Positions 9,161 to 19,142 of a stretch of 64,000 nt of DNA are shown one piece after another. This stretch comes from Candidatus Krumholzibacteriia bacterium. Lineage in GTDB: Bacteria > Krumholzibacteriota > Krumholzibacteriia > LZORAL124-64-63. The stretch's first letter is position 1. Each line of letters begins with the position of its first letter. Made by a program: the position numbers and the translations under genes. The notes beneath the pieces were generated by a model. That model ran no database searches. It worked only from the letters and a program-made list of their open reading frames with translations, and was not told the origin of the DNA. The stretch lies in NCBI GenBank assembly GCA_050174015.1, contig JBFXKG010000006.1, positions 1 to 64,000 on the forward strand, read 5' to 3'.

Positions 9161-9616
9161 TCATTTTTCCGTTCCCGCGAGGGCCAGCTTGACCTCCGCA
9201 TGATCCGCGCCCAGGACGATGAGCGCGTCCTCCAGGGCGCGGCCGTCGAATTCCCGGATGACCGGGACACCCCCCAGCAGTTCCGCCAGGCGACGGGCCA
9301 CCCCGTCATCGAGCCTGCGGTTCACCACGAAGGTGGAGGCGTATTGCTGGGGAGGGGCGTTGCCGAAGCCGACGGGAGCCAGCCCGGCCCGGCCCAGCAG
9401 CAGGCCGAAGTCCCTGGCCAGGCCGGGCACCTGCGTGCCGTTGAGGACCTGGACCCGGAGTCCCCGCTCCCCGGCCTCAGGCCACGGAGCGGTCTCCGCC
9501 TGGCCGGCGGGCCCCGCAGCGGGCCCTTTGACCGTCAGCATCCCCCTGCCGAAGAGCAGGGAGATCCCGCACACCGCCACCACCACCAGCAGCCACAGGT
9601 TGAGTGGGCGCCTCAT
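9161..9616 (-). CDS. LytR C-terminal domain-containing membrane-anchored protein
   Basis: N-terminal TM, VQVLNGTQVPGLA, FGNA, IVLGAD motifs. Confidence 0.85.
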   Translation of the reverse strand: MRRPLNLWLLVVVAVCGISLLFGRGMLTVKGPAAGPAGQAETAPWPEAGERGLRVQVLNGTQVPGLARDFGLLLGRAGLAPVGFGNAPPQQYASTFVVNRRLDDGVARRLAELLGGVPVIREFDGRALEDALIVLGADHAEVKLALAGTEK

Positions 9617-10110
9617 CCCTGGCTCCGGGCGAGCCGGGCGATGACCGGCCTGAGCAGCTCGTAGCTCTGATCGAGGGTCTGGGGCATGACCCGCGTGCTC
9701 CCGATCGTACTCATGAAGTTCGTGTCCCCCGCCCAGCGCGGCAGCATGTGCACGTGCAGGTGCTCGGGGATCCCGGCCCCGGCGCTGGTCCCGCCGTTGT
9801 ACCCGCAGTTGATGCCGTCGGGCCGGTAGGTCTCCTGCAAGGCCCGCTCCATGACCTGCAGCAACTGGCTCATCTCCTGGACCTCTGCGGGCGTGCACCC
9901 GGACAGCATCGGCTGGTGGCGGTTCAGGACCAGCAGGAGGTGGCCGCTGTTGTAGGGGTAGAGGTTCAGGAGGATGTACCAGGAACACCCCCGGTGGAGG
10001 ACGAAGTGCTCCCGGTCGTCGCAGTCGCGGCGGTTGCAGAAGACGCAGCCTTCTTCCCGGCGTTCACCCTTCACGTAAGCGTACCTCCAGGGCGTGCAGA
10101 GCCGATCCAT
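9613..10110 (-). CDS. HIT-family hydrolase (FHIT/Ap4A hydrolase-like)
   Basis: CVFC, LNLYPYNSGHLL, AGAGIPEHLHVHMLPRW. Confidence 0.92.
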   Translation of the reverse strand: MDRLCTPWRYAYVKGERREEGCVFCNRRDCDDREHFVLHRGCSWYILLNLYPYNSGHLLLVLNRHQPMLSGCTPAEVQEMSQLLQVMERALQETYRPDGINCGYNGGTSAGAGIPEHLHVHMLPRWAGDTNFMSTIGSTRVMPQTLDQSYELLRPVIARLARSQG

Positions 10111-10111
10111 C

Positions 10112-10849
10112 TCAGTCCCCGCGATCCGCGAGCAGGACGGCGGCGGCGGCCAGTTCGTCCAGGGTGTTGATCCCCACCACCTCGCCGGGGTCGGCGGTGG
10201 CCGCGGCCTCGACCCTGCGGCCGCGACCGACCAGGTAGGCCACGGTGTCGGTGAGGTAGTATTCCCCCTGGGTGTTGTCCGTCTTCAGGCTGCCCAGGGC
10301 CTCGATCAGGTCGGCCGTCCTGAAGCAGAAGACCCCCGTGTTGTACTCGCCCACCGCCAGTTCCTCGGGAGTCGCGTCCCGCGCCTCGACGATGCGCAGG
10401 AGGGCCCCACCGGAATCCTTGATGATGCGGCCGTAGGCCCCGGCATCGGGAACGACGCAGGTCAGCACCGTGGCCGCGGCCCCCGACGCTAGGGTGTCGT
10501 CGACGAGCCTTCGGACGGTTTGCGGACGCAGCAGGGGCACGTCCCCGGCCAGGACCACGCAATGCCCCTCGGGGTCCAGCCGGGGGGCCGCGCACTGGAC
10601 GGCGTGTCCGGTTCCCAGCTGGGGCACCTGGAGCGCGAAATCCAGCCCCGTGCGGGCGCAGCGCTCCCTGACCAGATCGGCCTGGTGTCCCACCACCACC
10701 ACGGCGTGCCCGATTCCGGCGGCCTCGACCGTATCGAGGACGTGGTCCAGCAGCGGCCTGCCCGCCAGCGGGTGCAGCACCTTGGGCAGGTCCGACTTCA
10801 TCCGCGTGCCCTTGCCGGCCGCGAGGACGACCGCTTCGATCTTGCTCAT
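10112..10849 (-). CDS. GlmU-like UDP-GlcNAc pyrophosphorylase, N-terminal domain only
   Basis: LAAGKGTRMKSDLPKVLH, QLGTGHAV, YGRII, QGEYYLTD. Ends at 245 aa with no acetyltransferase beta-helix. Confidence 0.88.
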   Translation of the reverse strand: MSKIEAVVLAAGKGTRMKSDLPKVLHPLAGRPLLDHVLDTVEAAGIGHAVVVVGHQADLVRERCARTGLDFALQVPQLGTGHAVQCAAPRLDPEGHCVVLAGDVPLLRPQTVRRLVDDTLASGAAATVLTCVVPDAGAYGRIIKDSGGALLRIVEARDATPEELAVGEYNTGVFCFRTADLIEALGSLKTDNTQGEYYLTDTVAYLVGRGRRVEAAATADPGEVVGINTLDELAAAAVLLADRGD

Positions 10850-11751
10850 TCCCGTCGCCCTTCCTCCCTGCGATCCGCAGGTCGGGTCGCCAGCAGCGCG
10901 GTCTCACGCACGGCGGCGCCCTCGATGTCCAGCACCACGTTGTCGATGAGCCGGGCGGGCCCCACCCTGGCCGCGACCGCCAGCAGGATCCGGCCCCCGA
11001 TGACCGCTGGCCGTTCAAGTTCGGGAACGGTCAGGACCTCGGCGTATTCCGGGCGACCGCCGGCTGCGAGAGCCGTCGCCATGAGGGCCGCCACCGGCGC
11101 GGGATCACGTTCTCCGGCCTCGATCGCGGCCCGGCCCGCGGCGAGGGACGCCTGCAGGCAGAGGGCACGGAGTCGGTCGGCGGGCCCGAGATAGCGGTTG
11201 CGCGAGGACATGGCCAAACCGTCCGGCTCCCGCACGGTCTCCCCATCGATCAACCGCACCGGCAGGTGCAGGTCCTCCACCATCTGGGCGATGACCAGGC
11301 ATTGCTGGGCATCCTTCCGGCCGAAGACCGCAACGTCGGGACGGACCATCCCGAACAGCTTGGCGACCACCGTCAGGACCCCGGCGAAGTGGCCGGGCCG
11401 TCCCGCCCCGCAAAGACCGGCGGCCCTCCGCCCCGGCTGGACCGTGACCTCCCCCGGACCTCCGTACATGTCCGAAACCTCTGGGGCGAAGACGGCCGCC
11501 ACGCCCAGGGGATCGAGCAGGGCCAGATCCCCGGCCAGATCCCGCGGATAGGCGGCGAAATCCTCCCGGGGACCGAACTGCGTCGGGTTGACGAAGATCG
11601 AAACCACCACCGGTCCCAGATCGGAACCCCGGCGCACCAGGCTGAGATGGCCCGCGTGCAGGGCGCCCATGGTGGGGACCAGAACCAGGGGACGATCCCG
11701 GCGCAGGCGGTCCAGGCGATGCAGGTCGGCTGCGGTCTTCAGGACGTCCAC
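10846..11751 (-). CDS. panC: Pantoate-beta-alanine ligase
   Basis: PTMGALHAGH, SIFVNPTQF, RPGHFAGV, FGRKDAQQ, GLAMSSRN, RLIDN. Confidence 0.95.
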   Translation of the reverse strand: MDVLKTAADLHRLDRLRRDRPLVLVPTMGALHAGHLSLVRRGSDLGPVVVSIFVNPTQFGPREDFAAYPRDLAGDLALLDPLGVAAVFAPEVSDMYGGPGEVTVQPGRRAAGLCGAGRPGHFAGVLTVVAKLFGMVRPDVAVFGRKDAQQCLVIAQMVEDLHLPVRLIDGETVREPDGLAMSSRNRYLGPADRLRALCLQASLAAGRAAIEAGERDPAPVAALMATALAAGGRPEYAEVLTVPELERPAVIGGRILLAVAARVGPARLIDNVVLDIEGAAVRETALLATRPADRREEGRRE

Positions 11752-11753
11752 GG

Positions 11754-12647
11754 TCAATCCCCGCCCCCGTCCTGGCCGCCCGGGTAAACCTGCCCGCTCG
11801 CCGATCCATCCTCGCCCGGGGCCTTCTCCCTGGCATCCCCGAATTCGTGCTCCGAGCCGGGAAAATCCCCGGACCGGACCTCCTCCACGTAACGCCCCAC
11901 GGCCTCGGCGGCGATCCTGCCCAGCTCGGCGTAGCGCTTGACGAACCTGGGCTTCAGCCCCTCGAAGAGGCCCAGCAGGTCGTGAAAGACCAGGACCTGC
12001 CCGTCGCAGCCTGCCCCCGCTCCGATCCCGATGGTCGGGATGCCGATCCGCGCGCTGATGCGGCGGGCGAGCTCCGCGGGAACGCATTCCAGCACCACGG
12101 CGAAACAACCGAGATCCGCCAGGTGCAGGGCCTCGTCCTCCAGGCGCGCCGCGGCCTCGGCGCCGCGCCCCTGGATCTTGTACCCCCCGAAACGGTTGAT
12201 CGATTGTGGGGTGAGGCCGAGGTGTCCCATGACGGGGATCTCCGCCGCCAGCAGGGCCGAGATGGCCTCGGAGCGGTTCCGCCCGCCCTCGATCTTCACG
12301 GCGTTGACCCCCGTCTGCTTGACCAGATCGAGGGCCTGCCGCACCGTCTCCCCGGGCGAGACGTGGAAGCTCCCGTAGGGCATGTCGGCGATGACCGGCA
12401 CCCCGGGGCCGGACCGCATGACCGCCTTGCAGTGGTGGATCATCTCGGACATGGTCACCGGCAAGGTGGTTTCGTAGCCGAGGACGACCATGCCCACCGA
12501 ATCCCCCACCAGGATGGCGTCCACCCCGCCGGCGGCCGCGATCCTGGCGCTCGTCAGATCGTAGGCGGTCAGAACGGCCAGCTTGCGGCCCGAGACCTTG
12601 GCCCGCGGAAAGACGTCCAGCGTGGAACTCCTGCCCTTGGCGGTCAT
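11754..12647 (-). CDS. panB: 3-methyl-2-oxobutanoate hydroxymethyltransferase
   Basis: TAYD, LVGDS, DMPYGS, VKIEGG, GHLGLTPQS, IGIGAG. Confidence 0.96.
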   Translation of the reverse strand: MTAKGRSSTLDVFPRAKVSGRKLAVLTAYDLTSARIAAAGGVDAILVGDSVGMVVLGYETTLPVTMSEMIHHCKAVMRSGPGVPVIADMPYGSFHVSPGETVRQALDLVKQTGVNAVKIEGGRNRSEAISALLAAEIPVMGHLGLTPQSINRFGGYKIQGRGAEAAARLEDEALHLADLGCFAVVLECVPAELARRISARIGIPTIGIGAGAGCDGQVLVFHDLLGLFEGLKPRFVKRYAELGRIAAEAVGRYVEEVRSGDFPGSEHEFGDAREKAPGEDGSASGQVYPGGQDGGGD

Positions 12648-12678
12648 CGTCCTGGCCTTCCTGCCTGCCCGGAGGGGG

Positions 12679-13323
12679 TCATTCCGCCCGCCCGTCCGGG
12701 GCGAAGTACCGCACCCCCGAGAACCTTTCCTGCAGATGTTCGAACAGCAGTTCGAAATCGCCGGGCACGTTCACGAAATCCAGGTGGTCCGTGTTGACCA
12801 CCAGCAGGGGCGTCTCCTTGTAGTGATGGAAAAAATAGCTATAGGCGCCGTTCAGCGCATCGAGATACCGCCGGTCCATGTCCTGCTCGTAGGACCGCCC
12901 GCGCCACTGGATGCGTTGCAGCAGGACCTCGGTCCGGGCCTGAAGGTAGACGACCAGGTCGGGCCTGCGCACCCTCTGCTCCAGGATCACGGCCAGCTGG
13001 TTGTACAGGGCGAGCTCGTCGTCGCTGAGGTTCAAGGTGGCGAAGATCTTGTCCTTGGCGAAAAGGTAGTCCGACACCAGGTTGGTCGCGAAGAGGTCGT
13101 CCTGGTGCAGACCCTGCTGCTGACGGAACCGGCTCAGCAGGAAGAAGATCTGCGTCTGGAAGGCGTAGGCCGAGCGGTCCTGGTAGAACTTGGCGAGAAA
13201 GGGGTTCTCCTCGACGACCTCGAGATTCAGCCGCCCGTCCAGACGGGTGGCCAGCAGCTTCGTCAAGCTGGTCTTGCCGACGCCGATCACTCCCTCAACG
13301 ACAATATACGGCCAGGGCAGCAC
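12679..13323 (-). CDS. Deoxynucleoside kinase
   Basis: VEGVIGVGKTSL, ENPFLAKFY, QIFFLLSR, RGRSYE. Confidence 0.92.
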   Translation of the reverse strand: MLPWPYIVVEGVIGVGKTSLTKLLATRLDGRLNLEVVEENPFLAKFYQDRSAYAFQTQIFFLLSRFRQQQGLHQDDLFATNLVSDYLFAKDKIFATLNLSDDELALYNQLAVILEQRVRRPDLVVYLQARTEVLLQRIQWRGRSYEQDMDRRYLDALNGAYSYFFHHYKETPLLVVNTDHLDFVNVPGDFELLFEHLQERFSGVRYFAPDGRAE

Positions 13324-13912
13324 GCCATTCCTCCTTGGTCAGGCCATCGCCCGGAATCACCGCAGGCGCCAGGGACAGGCCGGCCTGGAGCCTCACTCCG
13401 GCATCCGATTTACGCCTTATTTTCGCACAGGCCTCGCCGATTGTCTCCCCCGAATCCGGAAAAACCCAGCCCGGGGCCACCTCGGCCAGGGGCTCCAGGA
13501 CGAAGGCCCGGTCCCGGATCCTCGGGTGGGGAATTGTCAATTGATTGCCGGAGAGAGTGTTATCCCCATAGAACAGGAGATCCAGGTCGATGGGGCGGGG
13601 CTTCATGTGCCCCCCCGGCATCCTGCCGTGGCGCGCCTCGATCCCCTTGAGGACCGCGAGCAGCACCCCGGGGGCCAGGGCCGTCGCCACCTCCAGGCAG
13701 GCGTTCAGGAAATCGTCCTGGCGGCCGGGACCGACGTAGGTCGTCTCGTAGATGCTGCTCCACGCCGTGACCTCGATCTCGGGATGCAGGTCGAGGGCCT
13801 GCACCGCCCGCCTCAACTCGCGCAGGCGGTCGCCCTGGTTGCTGCCCAGCCCCAGCAGGACGGTCACGGCCTCGGCCGGACGGAAGGATGCCGCAGGGAA
13901 GCGCACCATCAT
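13295..13912 (-). CDS. folK: 2-amino-4-hydroxy-6-hydroxymethyldihydropteridine diphosphokinase
   Basis: LGLGSNQGD, SSIYET, FLNAC, PRPIDLDLL, IPHPR...RAFVLEPL. Confidence 0.93.
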   Translation of the reverse strand: MMVRFPAASFRPAEAVTVLLGLGSNQGDRLRELRRAVQALDLHPEIEVTAWSSIYETTYVGPGRQDDFLNACLEVATALAPGVLLAVLKGIEARHGRMPGGHMKPRPIDLDLLFYGDNTLSGNQLTIPHPRIRDRAFVLEPLAEVAPGWVFPDSGETIGEACAKIRRKSDAGVRLQAGLSLAPAVIPGDGLTKEEWRAALAVYCR

Positions 13913-14292
13913 GCGCCTTCCCGCCGGTCGAACCAGTCCCGGTCGCGTTCGAAAGTCACCGAGGCCCGTCCCAGGAAGTTGGGGATGGGCGGATTGGGTT
14001 TCTCGACCCGCAGCCTCACCCGCAGCACCGGAAAAGCACGCAGCAAGGCGGCGCAAAGGTGCCCGGCCAGGGCCTCCAGCAGGTGGAACGAGGTGTCGGC
14101 CGTCGCCCGGCTCAGCACCCGGTGCACGGCGGTGTAGTCGAGGGCCGCCCCCAGGCTGTCCGACTCGGCGGCCTCGGCGCAATCGATCCACAGGTCGGCG
14201 TCGATCACGAAGCGCTGCCCCAGCTCCCGCTCGGCGGGATGGACCCCGTGATGGGCGTAGACGTCGATGCCGTGCAGGCTGATGCGGTCCAT
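13909..14292 (-). CDS. folB: Dihydroneopterin aldolase
   Basis: DRISLHGI..YAHHGV..AERELGQRF, LDY, LLEALA, VEKP. Confidence 0.93.
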   Translation of the reverse strand: MDRISLHGIDVYAHHGVHPAERELGQRFVIDADLWIDCAEAAESDSLGAALDYTAVHRVLSRATADTSFHLLEALAGHLCAALLRAFPVLRVRLRVEKPNPPIPNFLGRASVTFERDRDWFDRREGA

Positions 14293-15446
14293 CACCGCCA
14301 CTCCCTCAGGCGCTTGGCTCCTTCGGCGATCCGTTCGTCGGGGGCGGTCAGGCTGATGCGGAACCAGCCCTCTCCCCCGGGCCCGAATCCGACGCCGGGA
14401 GTGATGACCAGCCCGATCTCCTCGAGAGCCCGGCTGCAGAAGGCGACCGAACCCTCGCCGGCGGGCACCCGAACCCAGACGTAGAATGTCGCAGGCGACG
14501 GGAACACCTCGAATCCGGCGTCCTCCAGCGCCCCGACGATCACGTCGCGGCGGAGGGCGTAGGGCGCCATCACCCCCGCCAGCAGGGATTCGCACCCCGG
14601 CCCCAGGGCCAGGGCGGCCGTCTCCTGGATGGCCCCGAAAACCCCGCTGTCCATGCTCTCCTTGACGCGGCCGAGGTCTGCGATCACGCCGGCGTTTCCG
14701 ACGGCGAAGGCGACGCGCCAGCCCGTCATGTTGAACATCTTCGACAGGCTGTGGAGCTCGATGACGCGCTGGGTCCGGTGGTCGACGCTGGCCAGCATGC
14801 TGACCGGTCGACTGCCGTCGAGGGTGACCTCCAGGTAGGCGGCGTCGTTGACCAGGACCGCTCCGGCCCCGCCGCAAAGCTCCGCGGCGGATGACCAGAA
14901 CGCCGGGGTCGCCACAGCCCCGGTGGGATTGTTGGGATAGTTCATGAACACCAGACGCACCCGCTCGTCGAAGAGGCCGGGCAGCGTCGAAAGATCGGGC
15001 AGGAACCCGTTTTCGGGCTTCAGCCCGAACGTCCTGGGCTCGCCTCCGGCAAGAAGAGTGCCCTGGGCGTAGACGGGGTAGCCCAGGTCCGGCACCAGGG
15101 CGACCTCACCCTCCTCCAGCAAGGCCAGGGGCAGATGGCCGAGGCCCTCCTTGCTCCCCAGGAGGACCAGGACCTCGCCGGCGGGATCGATCGTCACCCC
15201 GTGGCGCTTGGCCATGTAATCGGCGACGGCCGACTTCAGGAGGGTCCCGCCCCGCTGGGCCGGGTAGCGATGGTGGGCTGGATTCCGCACCGCCGCGGCC
15301 ATGGCGTCGAGCAGGGAGGGAGGCGTGGGCAGGTCGGGATCCCCGATGCCCAGATCCACCACGTCCACGCCTGCCGCCCTGGCCTTGGCCTTGGCGGCGT
15401 CCAGGGACGAGAAAAGGTAGGGAGGAAGCGATTGCAGGCGGCTCAA
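14292..15446 (-). CDS. Class I/II PLP aminotransferase, LL-diaminopimelate aminotransferase-like
   Basis: LPPYLF, DLGIGDPD, GSKEG, NYPNNPTG, DAAY, SLSKMFNMTGWR. TTG start inferred from a GGAGG RBS. Confidence 0.85.
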   Translation of the reverse strand: MSRLQSLPPYLFSSLDAAKAKARAAGVDVVDLGIGDPDLPTPPSLLDAMAAAVRNPAHHRYPAQRGGTLLKSAVADYMAKRHGVTIDPAGEVLVLLGSKEGLGHLPLALLEEGEVALVPDLGYPVYAQGTLLAGGEPRTFGLKPENGFLPDLSTLPGLFDERVRLVFMNYPNNPTGAVATPAFWSSAAELCGGAGAVLVNDAAYLEVTLDGSRPVSMLASVDHRTQRVIELHSLSKMFNMTGWRVAFAVGNAGVIADLGRVKESMDSGVFGAIQETAALALGPGCESLLAGVMAPYALRRDVIVGALEDAGFEVFPSPATFYVWVRVPAGEGSVAFCSRALEEIGLVITPGVGFGPGGEGWFRISLTAPDERIAEGAKRLREWR

Positions 15447-15543
15447 GTCTGGCTGGACCTCCGATTGAGGACACGAAAAATCCCGCGGACCACAGGGCCC
15501 GCGGGACCAATATCGCACACCGGGACGGGATCATCCACCCCGC

Positions 15544-16722
15544 TCATCCACCCTGGGCGGCTTTTTTCCTCTGGTACTCGGCCTGGGCCGTCAGGTCGTC
15601 CATGCGCTGGACCATCGTCCGGGCCGGACCGGCATACCGCAGGTTCCCGCTGGAGGCGCACTGCTGGAACTTGCCCTTGGCCGCATCATACTCGCCGGAG
15701 CATTCCAGGGCGGTCCCCCAGTGGTACCAGATCGGAGCCATGCTCTCGCGCCCCTGGTTCTCGAAACGCTGGGCGGCCACCGCCGCCTCGGCTTTGGCCT
15801 GGGCGCACTGGCCGCTTTCCACCATGACCCGCAGCATCTCGCCCAGGTTGTTGGCGTCGTTGGGCTTCAACGCGACGTACCTCTCGTACGTCTCGATGGC
15901 GGCGCTCTTGTTGCCCAGCTGATCCTGGGCGCGGGCCATGGTCAGCAGGGCGCCCGTGTGATCGGGGGTCTGGGCCAGCAACTGGGTCAGGATGGCCACG
16001 ACCTGGGAGTAGTCCCGTTCGTTGAACTTCTGGACGGCGAGCTGATAGGTGGTCGACCCGCCGGCCTGGCTCCCGTACTTGACGGCCAGGTCATGGTAAT
16101 GCTGGGCCTGGCTGTTGTTGCCTGCCTTGCGCTGCTGTTCCTCGGCCTTGGTGGCCGATTTCGCCAGCTGGGGCATGATGTTCTGCTCGATCTGGGGACA
16201 CACGTCCAGGGCGTGTTCGAAGACGTCAACCGAAAGGGTGTGGTACCCGGCGGCGCTGTGCAGGACGCCCAGGTTGAACAGGAGGTTGCAATCGTCGGGA
16301 GCCAGCAGGGCGGCCTTCATGTACTCGGCCCGGGCTTCCTTGTACATCTTCAGCTTGGCGTACGTCTTGCCGAGGTTCCCGAAGTCGCCCGCCTCGACGT
16401 CCTCGCCTCGCAGGTCGATGACGGTCTGGTAGTATTTCGCCGCGGTCTCGAAATCCCCCTTGCCGGCGTAGGCGGTTCCCAGCCCCCGGTTGGCCTCGAC
16501 GTGCTCGGGGCAGACCTGGACGATGGACTGCATGCGGGCGATGGCCTGATCCCACTGCTGGGCGTCGAGGAACTCGACGGCGGACTGGTAGGCGAGATTG
16601 GCCTCCTGCATCTGCCCGGGCATGCACTCGGCAAGGGCGGGGCCGGAGGCCGCCAACGTCAGGATGGTCAGGGTCACCATGACCACCCGGCTGGAACAAC
16701 GGAAAATCCTCGTCGGGAGCAC
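15544..16722 (-). CDS. Secreted TPR-repeat protein
   Basis: Signal peptide ending GPALA, multiple TPR-like helix pairs. GTG start 6 nt after GGAGG. Confidence 0.85.
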   Translation of the reverse strand: MLPTRIFRCSSRVVMVTLTILTLAASGPALAECMPGQMQEANLAYQSAVEFLDAQQWDQAIARMQSIVQVCPEHVEANRGLGTAYAGKGDFETAAKYYQTVIDLRGEDVEAGDFGNLGKTYAKLKMYKEARAEYMKAALLAPDDCNLLFNLGVLHSAAGYHTLSVDVFEHALDVCPQIEQNIMPQLAKSATKAEEQQRKAGNNSQAQHYHDLAVKYGSQAGGSTTYQLAVQKFNERDYSQVVAILTQLLAQTPDHTGALLTMARAQDQLGNKSAAIETYERYVALKPNDANNLGEMLRVMVESGQCAQAKAEAAVAAQRFENQGRESMAPIWYHWGTALECSGEYDAAKGKFQQCASSGNLRYAGPARTMVQRMDDLTAQAEYQRKKAAQGG

Positions 16723-16845
16723 TGGGTACCTCCAGGCAATGGGGCTGAAGTTCGGAACGGATGGGTCCAACAGAAGAATCCCGGCTGGCCCGGGACCGCT
16801 GCTGAAGATAAACCCGATCCCCATGCGCTGTCAATCCAACCCCGG

Positions 16846-17658
16846 TCACCCGGTCCAGGTTCCCGAATCCTCGGGCAGGATCCCCGCGCGCAGAAGGCAC
16901 TCCAGGACCCCGCCGCCGATGGCCAGGGCCTTGTCCGTGATCCTGGCCGGATCGACCGCCCTGCCCCGAGGATCGACGTCGGCGACCTTGACGCCCTTCC
17001 GGAGCTCGGCGCGCCGGTCCACCAGCCCCCTCAGCAATCCCGTCAGAGGCGAGATCACGGGGGCGCCGGCGACGGCGCCAAGGACCTGGCCTTCCTGCAC
17101 CAGATCCCCGATGGCGGCATGGGGCTCCAGGCGACCGGCGCCCGGGGAGTAGACCACCCGCCGCGCGGCTTCCCCACCGACCAGGCCCGGAACTCCCGTA
17201 TCGGGAGCGGCGCTCCCCCTGGTGATCACCTCGCCCAACCTCGCCCCCCGATGGGTCTCGACGACGAAGGAGGCGTCGTCCGGAACGGTGAATCCGGGGC
17301 CGAGACCGATGACCGTCCCCCGCCAGCCGGGGATGGATCCGGGGGCCCGCTTGAGCATCCGGCCGTCGATCACCGCGGCCGGATCCAGCAACCCCGGCGC
17401 CTCCTTCCCCGGGTCGATGCAGACGGTCACCCTGCCGGCAACGAATCCCGCCTTCTCCAGCGGGACCAGGACCCCCCGCACACCCTCCACGGTCGTCTCC
17501 CCGGCGTGGACGGCGCTGCTGAAGGAGACCAGGCGCCTGACGGCCAGGGGTTCCGGGAGTTCCGTCATGAGGACACGGTACCCGCAGCGGACCAGGCGGA
17601 CGGCGACCCCGGAAGCCAGTTCCCCTGCTCCCAGGATGATGAGGCCGCCGGTCTTCAT
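16846..17658 (-). CDS. yqeB: Selenium-dependent molybdenum hydroxylase system protein YqeB
   Basis: GAGELASG, AVRRLVSF, IGLGPGF, VVETHRG..LG, DPRG, DKALAIGGGVLE. Confidence 0.9.
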   Translation of the reverse strand: MKTGGLIILGAGELASGVAVRLVRCGYRVLMTELPEPLAVRRLVSFSSAVHAGETTVEGVRGVLVPLEKAGFVAGRVTVCIDPGKEAPGLLDPAAVIDGRMLKRAPGSIPGWRGTVIGLGPGFTVPDDASFVVETHRGARLGEVITRGSAAPDTGVPGLVGGEAARRVVYSPGAGRLEPHAAIGDLVQEGQVLGAVAGAPVISPLTGLLRGLVDRRAELRKGVKVADVDPRGRAVDPARITDKALAIGGGVLECLLRAGILPEDSGTWTG

Positions 17659-18518
17659 CCCTTTCGCCTCCTGTGCAGCCTCACGCCCAGCGGCCGGCCC
17701 TGGTCGTCCAGGAGCAGAGGGCGGCCCCTGAGGACGGCCGACGCCTCGGCCAGGACGCTGAGGGCGATCTCAGCCGGCGTCTCGGCGCCGATGTCAAGCC
17801 CCACCGGAAGCTGGGCCCCCTCCAGGCGCAAGGACGCAGCCGCATCGCCCGCGAACCTCCGGCGCAGGACGGCCGCCTTGGCGTCGCTGCCCAGACCGCC
17901 GAGGAAACCGAAGGTCTGCCCGGACCGCCGCTCCGCCTCGAGAACGGCCGCCCAGTAGTCCCCGTCGAGCTCGTGGGACCGGCTGGCCACGAGCAGGGCT
18001 CCGCGGGGATTCACCCTCACCAGTTCGGCGAAGGCCTTCGGATCCGCCTGCAGGATTTGCAGATCCGGTCGTGGCCTCAGATCCTGCAGGAACTCGGGCC
18101 GGTCGTCGACCAGGGTGAAGCGGAAGGGCAGGGTCCGGCCCAGCTCGACCAGGGCCCGCCCCACGTGCCCGGCTCCGATGACCCAGAAGGGGCTGGACTG
18201 GAGCACCGGTTCGAGGAACACTTCCATGACCCCGCCGCACACACCCAGCCCGCCGGCCAGGTCCAGGTCCAGCATCCGACAGACTCCGGTCGCCAAGACC
18301 TCGCCCGCGGCCTCGATCACCTTCGCTTCGGCAGCCCCGCCTCCGATGCTGCCGGTCACCGAACCGTCCACGTGGACGATCATCTTGCTCCCTGCTTCAC
18401 GGGGAGTGGATCTCCGGGTCCGGATCACCGTGGCGAGGACCCCGTCCTCACCCTGGTCCACCATCGCCGCCAGACGCGGGAAGACCGTCTCACCCCCCCC
18501 GCCGATCACCTTGCTCAT
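17655..18518 (-). CDS. XdhC/CoxI-family molybdenum cofactor chaperone
   Basis: STPREAGSKM, GSIGGG..E, CGG, GAGHV, PVGLDIGAETPAEIALS. Confidence 0.92.
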   Translation of the reverse strand: MSKVIGGGGETVFPRLAAMVDQGEDGVLATVIRTRRSTPREAGSKMIVHVDGSVTGSIGGGAAEAKVIEAAGEVLATGVCRMLDLDLAGGLGVCGGVMEVFLEPVLQSSPFWVIGAGHVGRALVELGRTLPFRFTLVDDRPEFLQDLRPRPDLQILQADPKAFAELVRVNPRGALLVASRSHELDGDYWAAVLEAERRSGQTFGFLGGLGSDAKAAVLRRRFAGDAAASLRLEGAQLPVGLDIGAETPAEIALSVLAEASAVLRGRPLLLDDQGRPLGVRLHRRRKG

Positions 18519-18539
18519 GATTCGCTCCTGACCAGTGGT

Positions 18540-19142
18540 TCACCCAGGTTCCCCGGGAAAACATACATCCTCCAGATCCTCCGGGGAATCGAAGTCCCTG
18601 GCGACCCCGGGGTCGTCCACCTCCACCAGTCCGCACCGCCCGCCGAGGAACGCCCCGGCGGGGCCCGGGTGGTAATCGCATGCCCCGGCCAGGGCGGCCA
18701 CGAGGGCGGCGGGGATGACCACGGGATGCCCGGGTTCACCCTGCCAGACCGGGCGGTGAGCCCTCTCCGGGCGCAGCGCTGCAGCTTCGTTCAGGCGTTC
18801 GAGGGTGACCGGGCGGACCAGAGGAAGATCCACCGGATGGGCCCACACCCGTTGCGGATCGCCCGTGCGACCGGACCAGGCCAGGCACAGGGTGCGGGCC
18901 GTATCGTCGCCCCCGGCTTCCCCCAGCACCCGGACGTTGCTGCGTCCGGCCAGGACGGCCCGGTAATCCTCCGCCGATCCGGCCAGGGCGACCACGAGGA
19001 CGTCTGCCCACCCGGCGTACAGGTCGGCGATCCGGGCGACGAACGGCTCGTGGGTTCCCGGGACGGTCAGAAGGCCCTTGGGCCGTCCCATGCGCAGGCT
19101 CCGGCCCCTGGCCAGGATCACCGCCAGGTCATTCCGCCGCAT
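18540..19142 (-). CDS. MocA/YgfJ-like molybdenum cofactor nucleotidyltransferase
   Basis: ILARGRSLRMGRPKGLL, PVDLP, GHPV, DFDSPEDL; genomic context. Confidence 0.82.
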   Translation of the reverse strand: MRRNDLAVILARGRSLRMGRPKGLLTVPGTHEPFVARIADLYAGWADVLVVALAGSAEDYRAVLAGRSNVRVLGEAGGDDTARTLCLAWSGRTGDPQRVWAHPVDLPLVRPVTLERLNEAAALRPERAHRPVWQGEPGHPVVIPAALVAALAGACDYHPGPAGAFLGGRCGLVEVDDPGVARDFDSPEDLEDVCFPGEPG

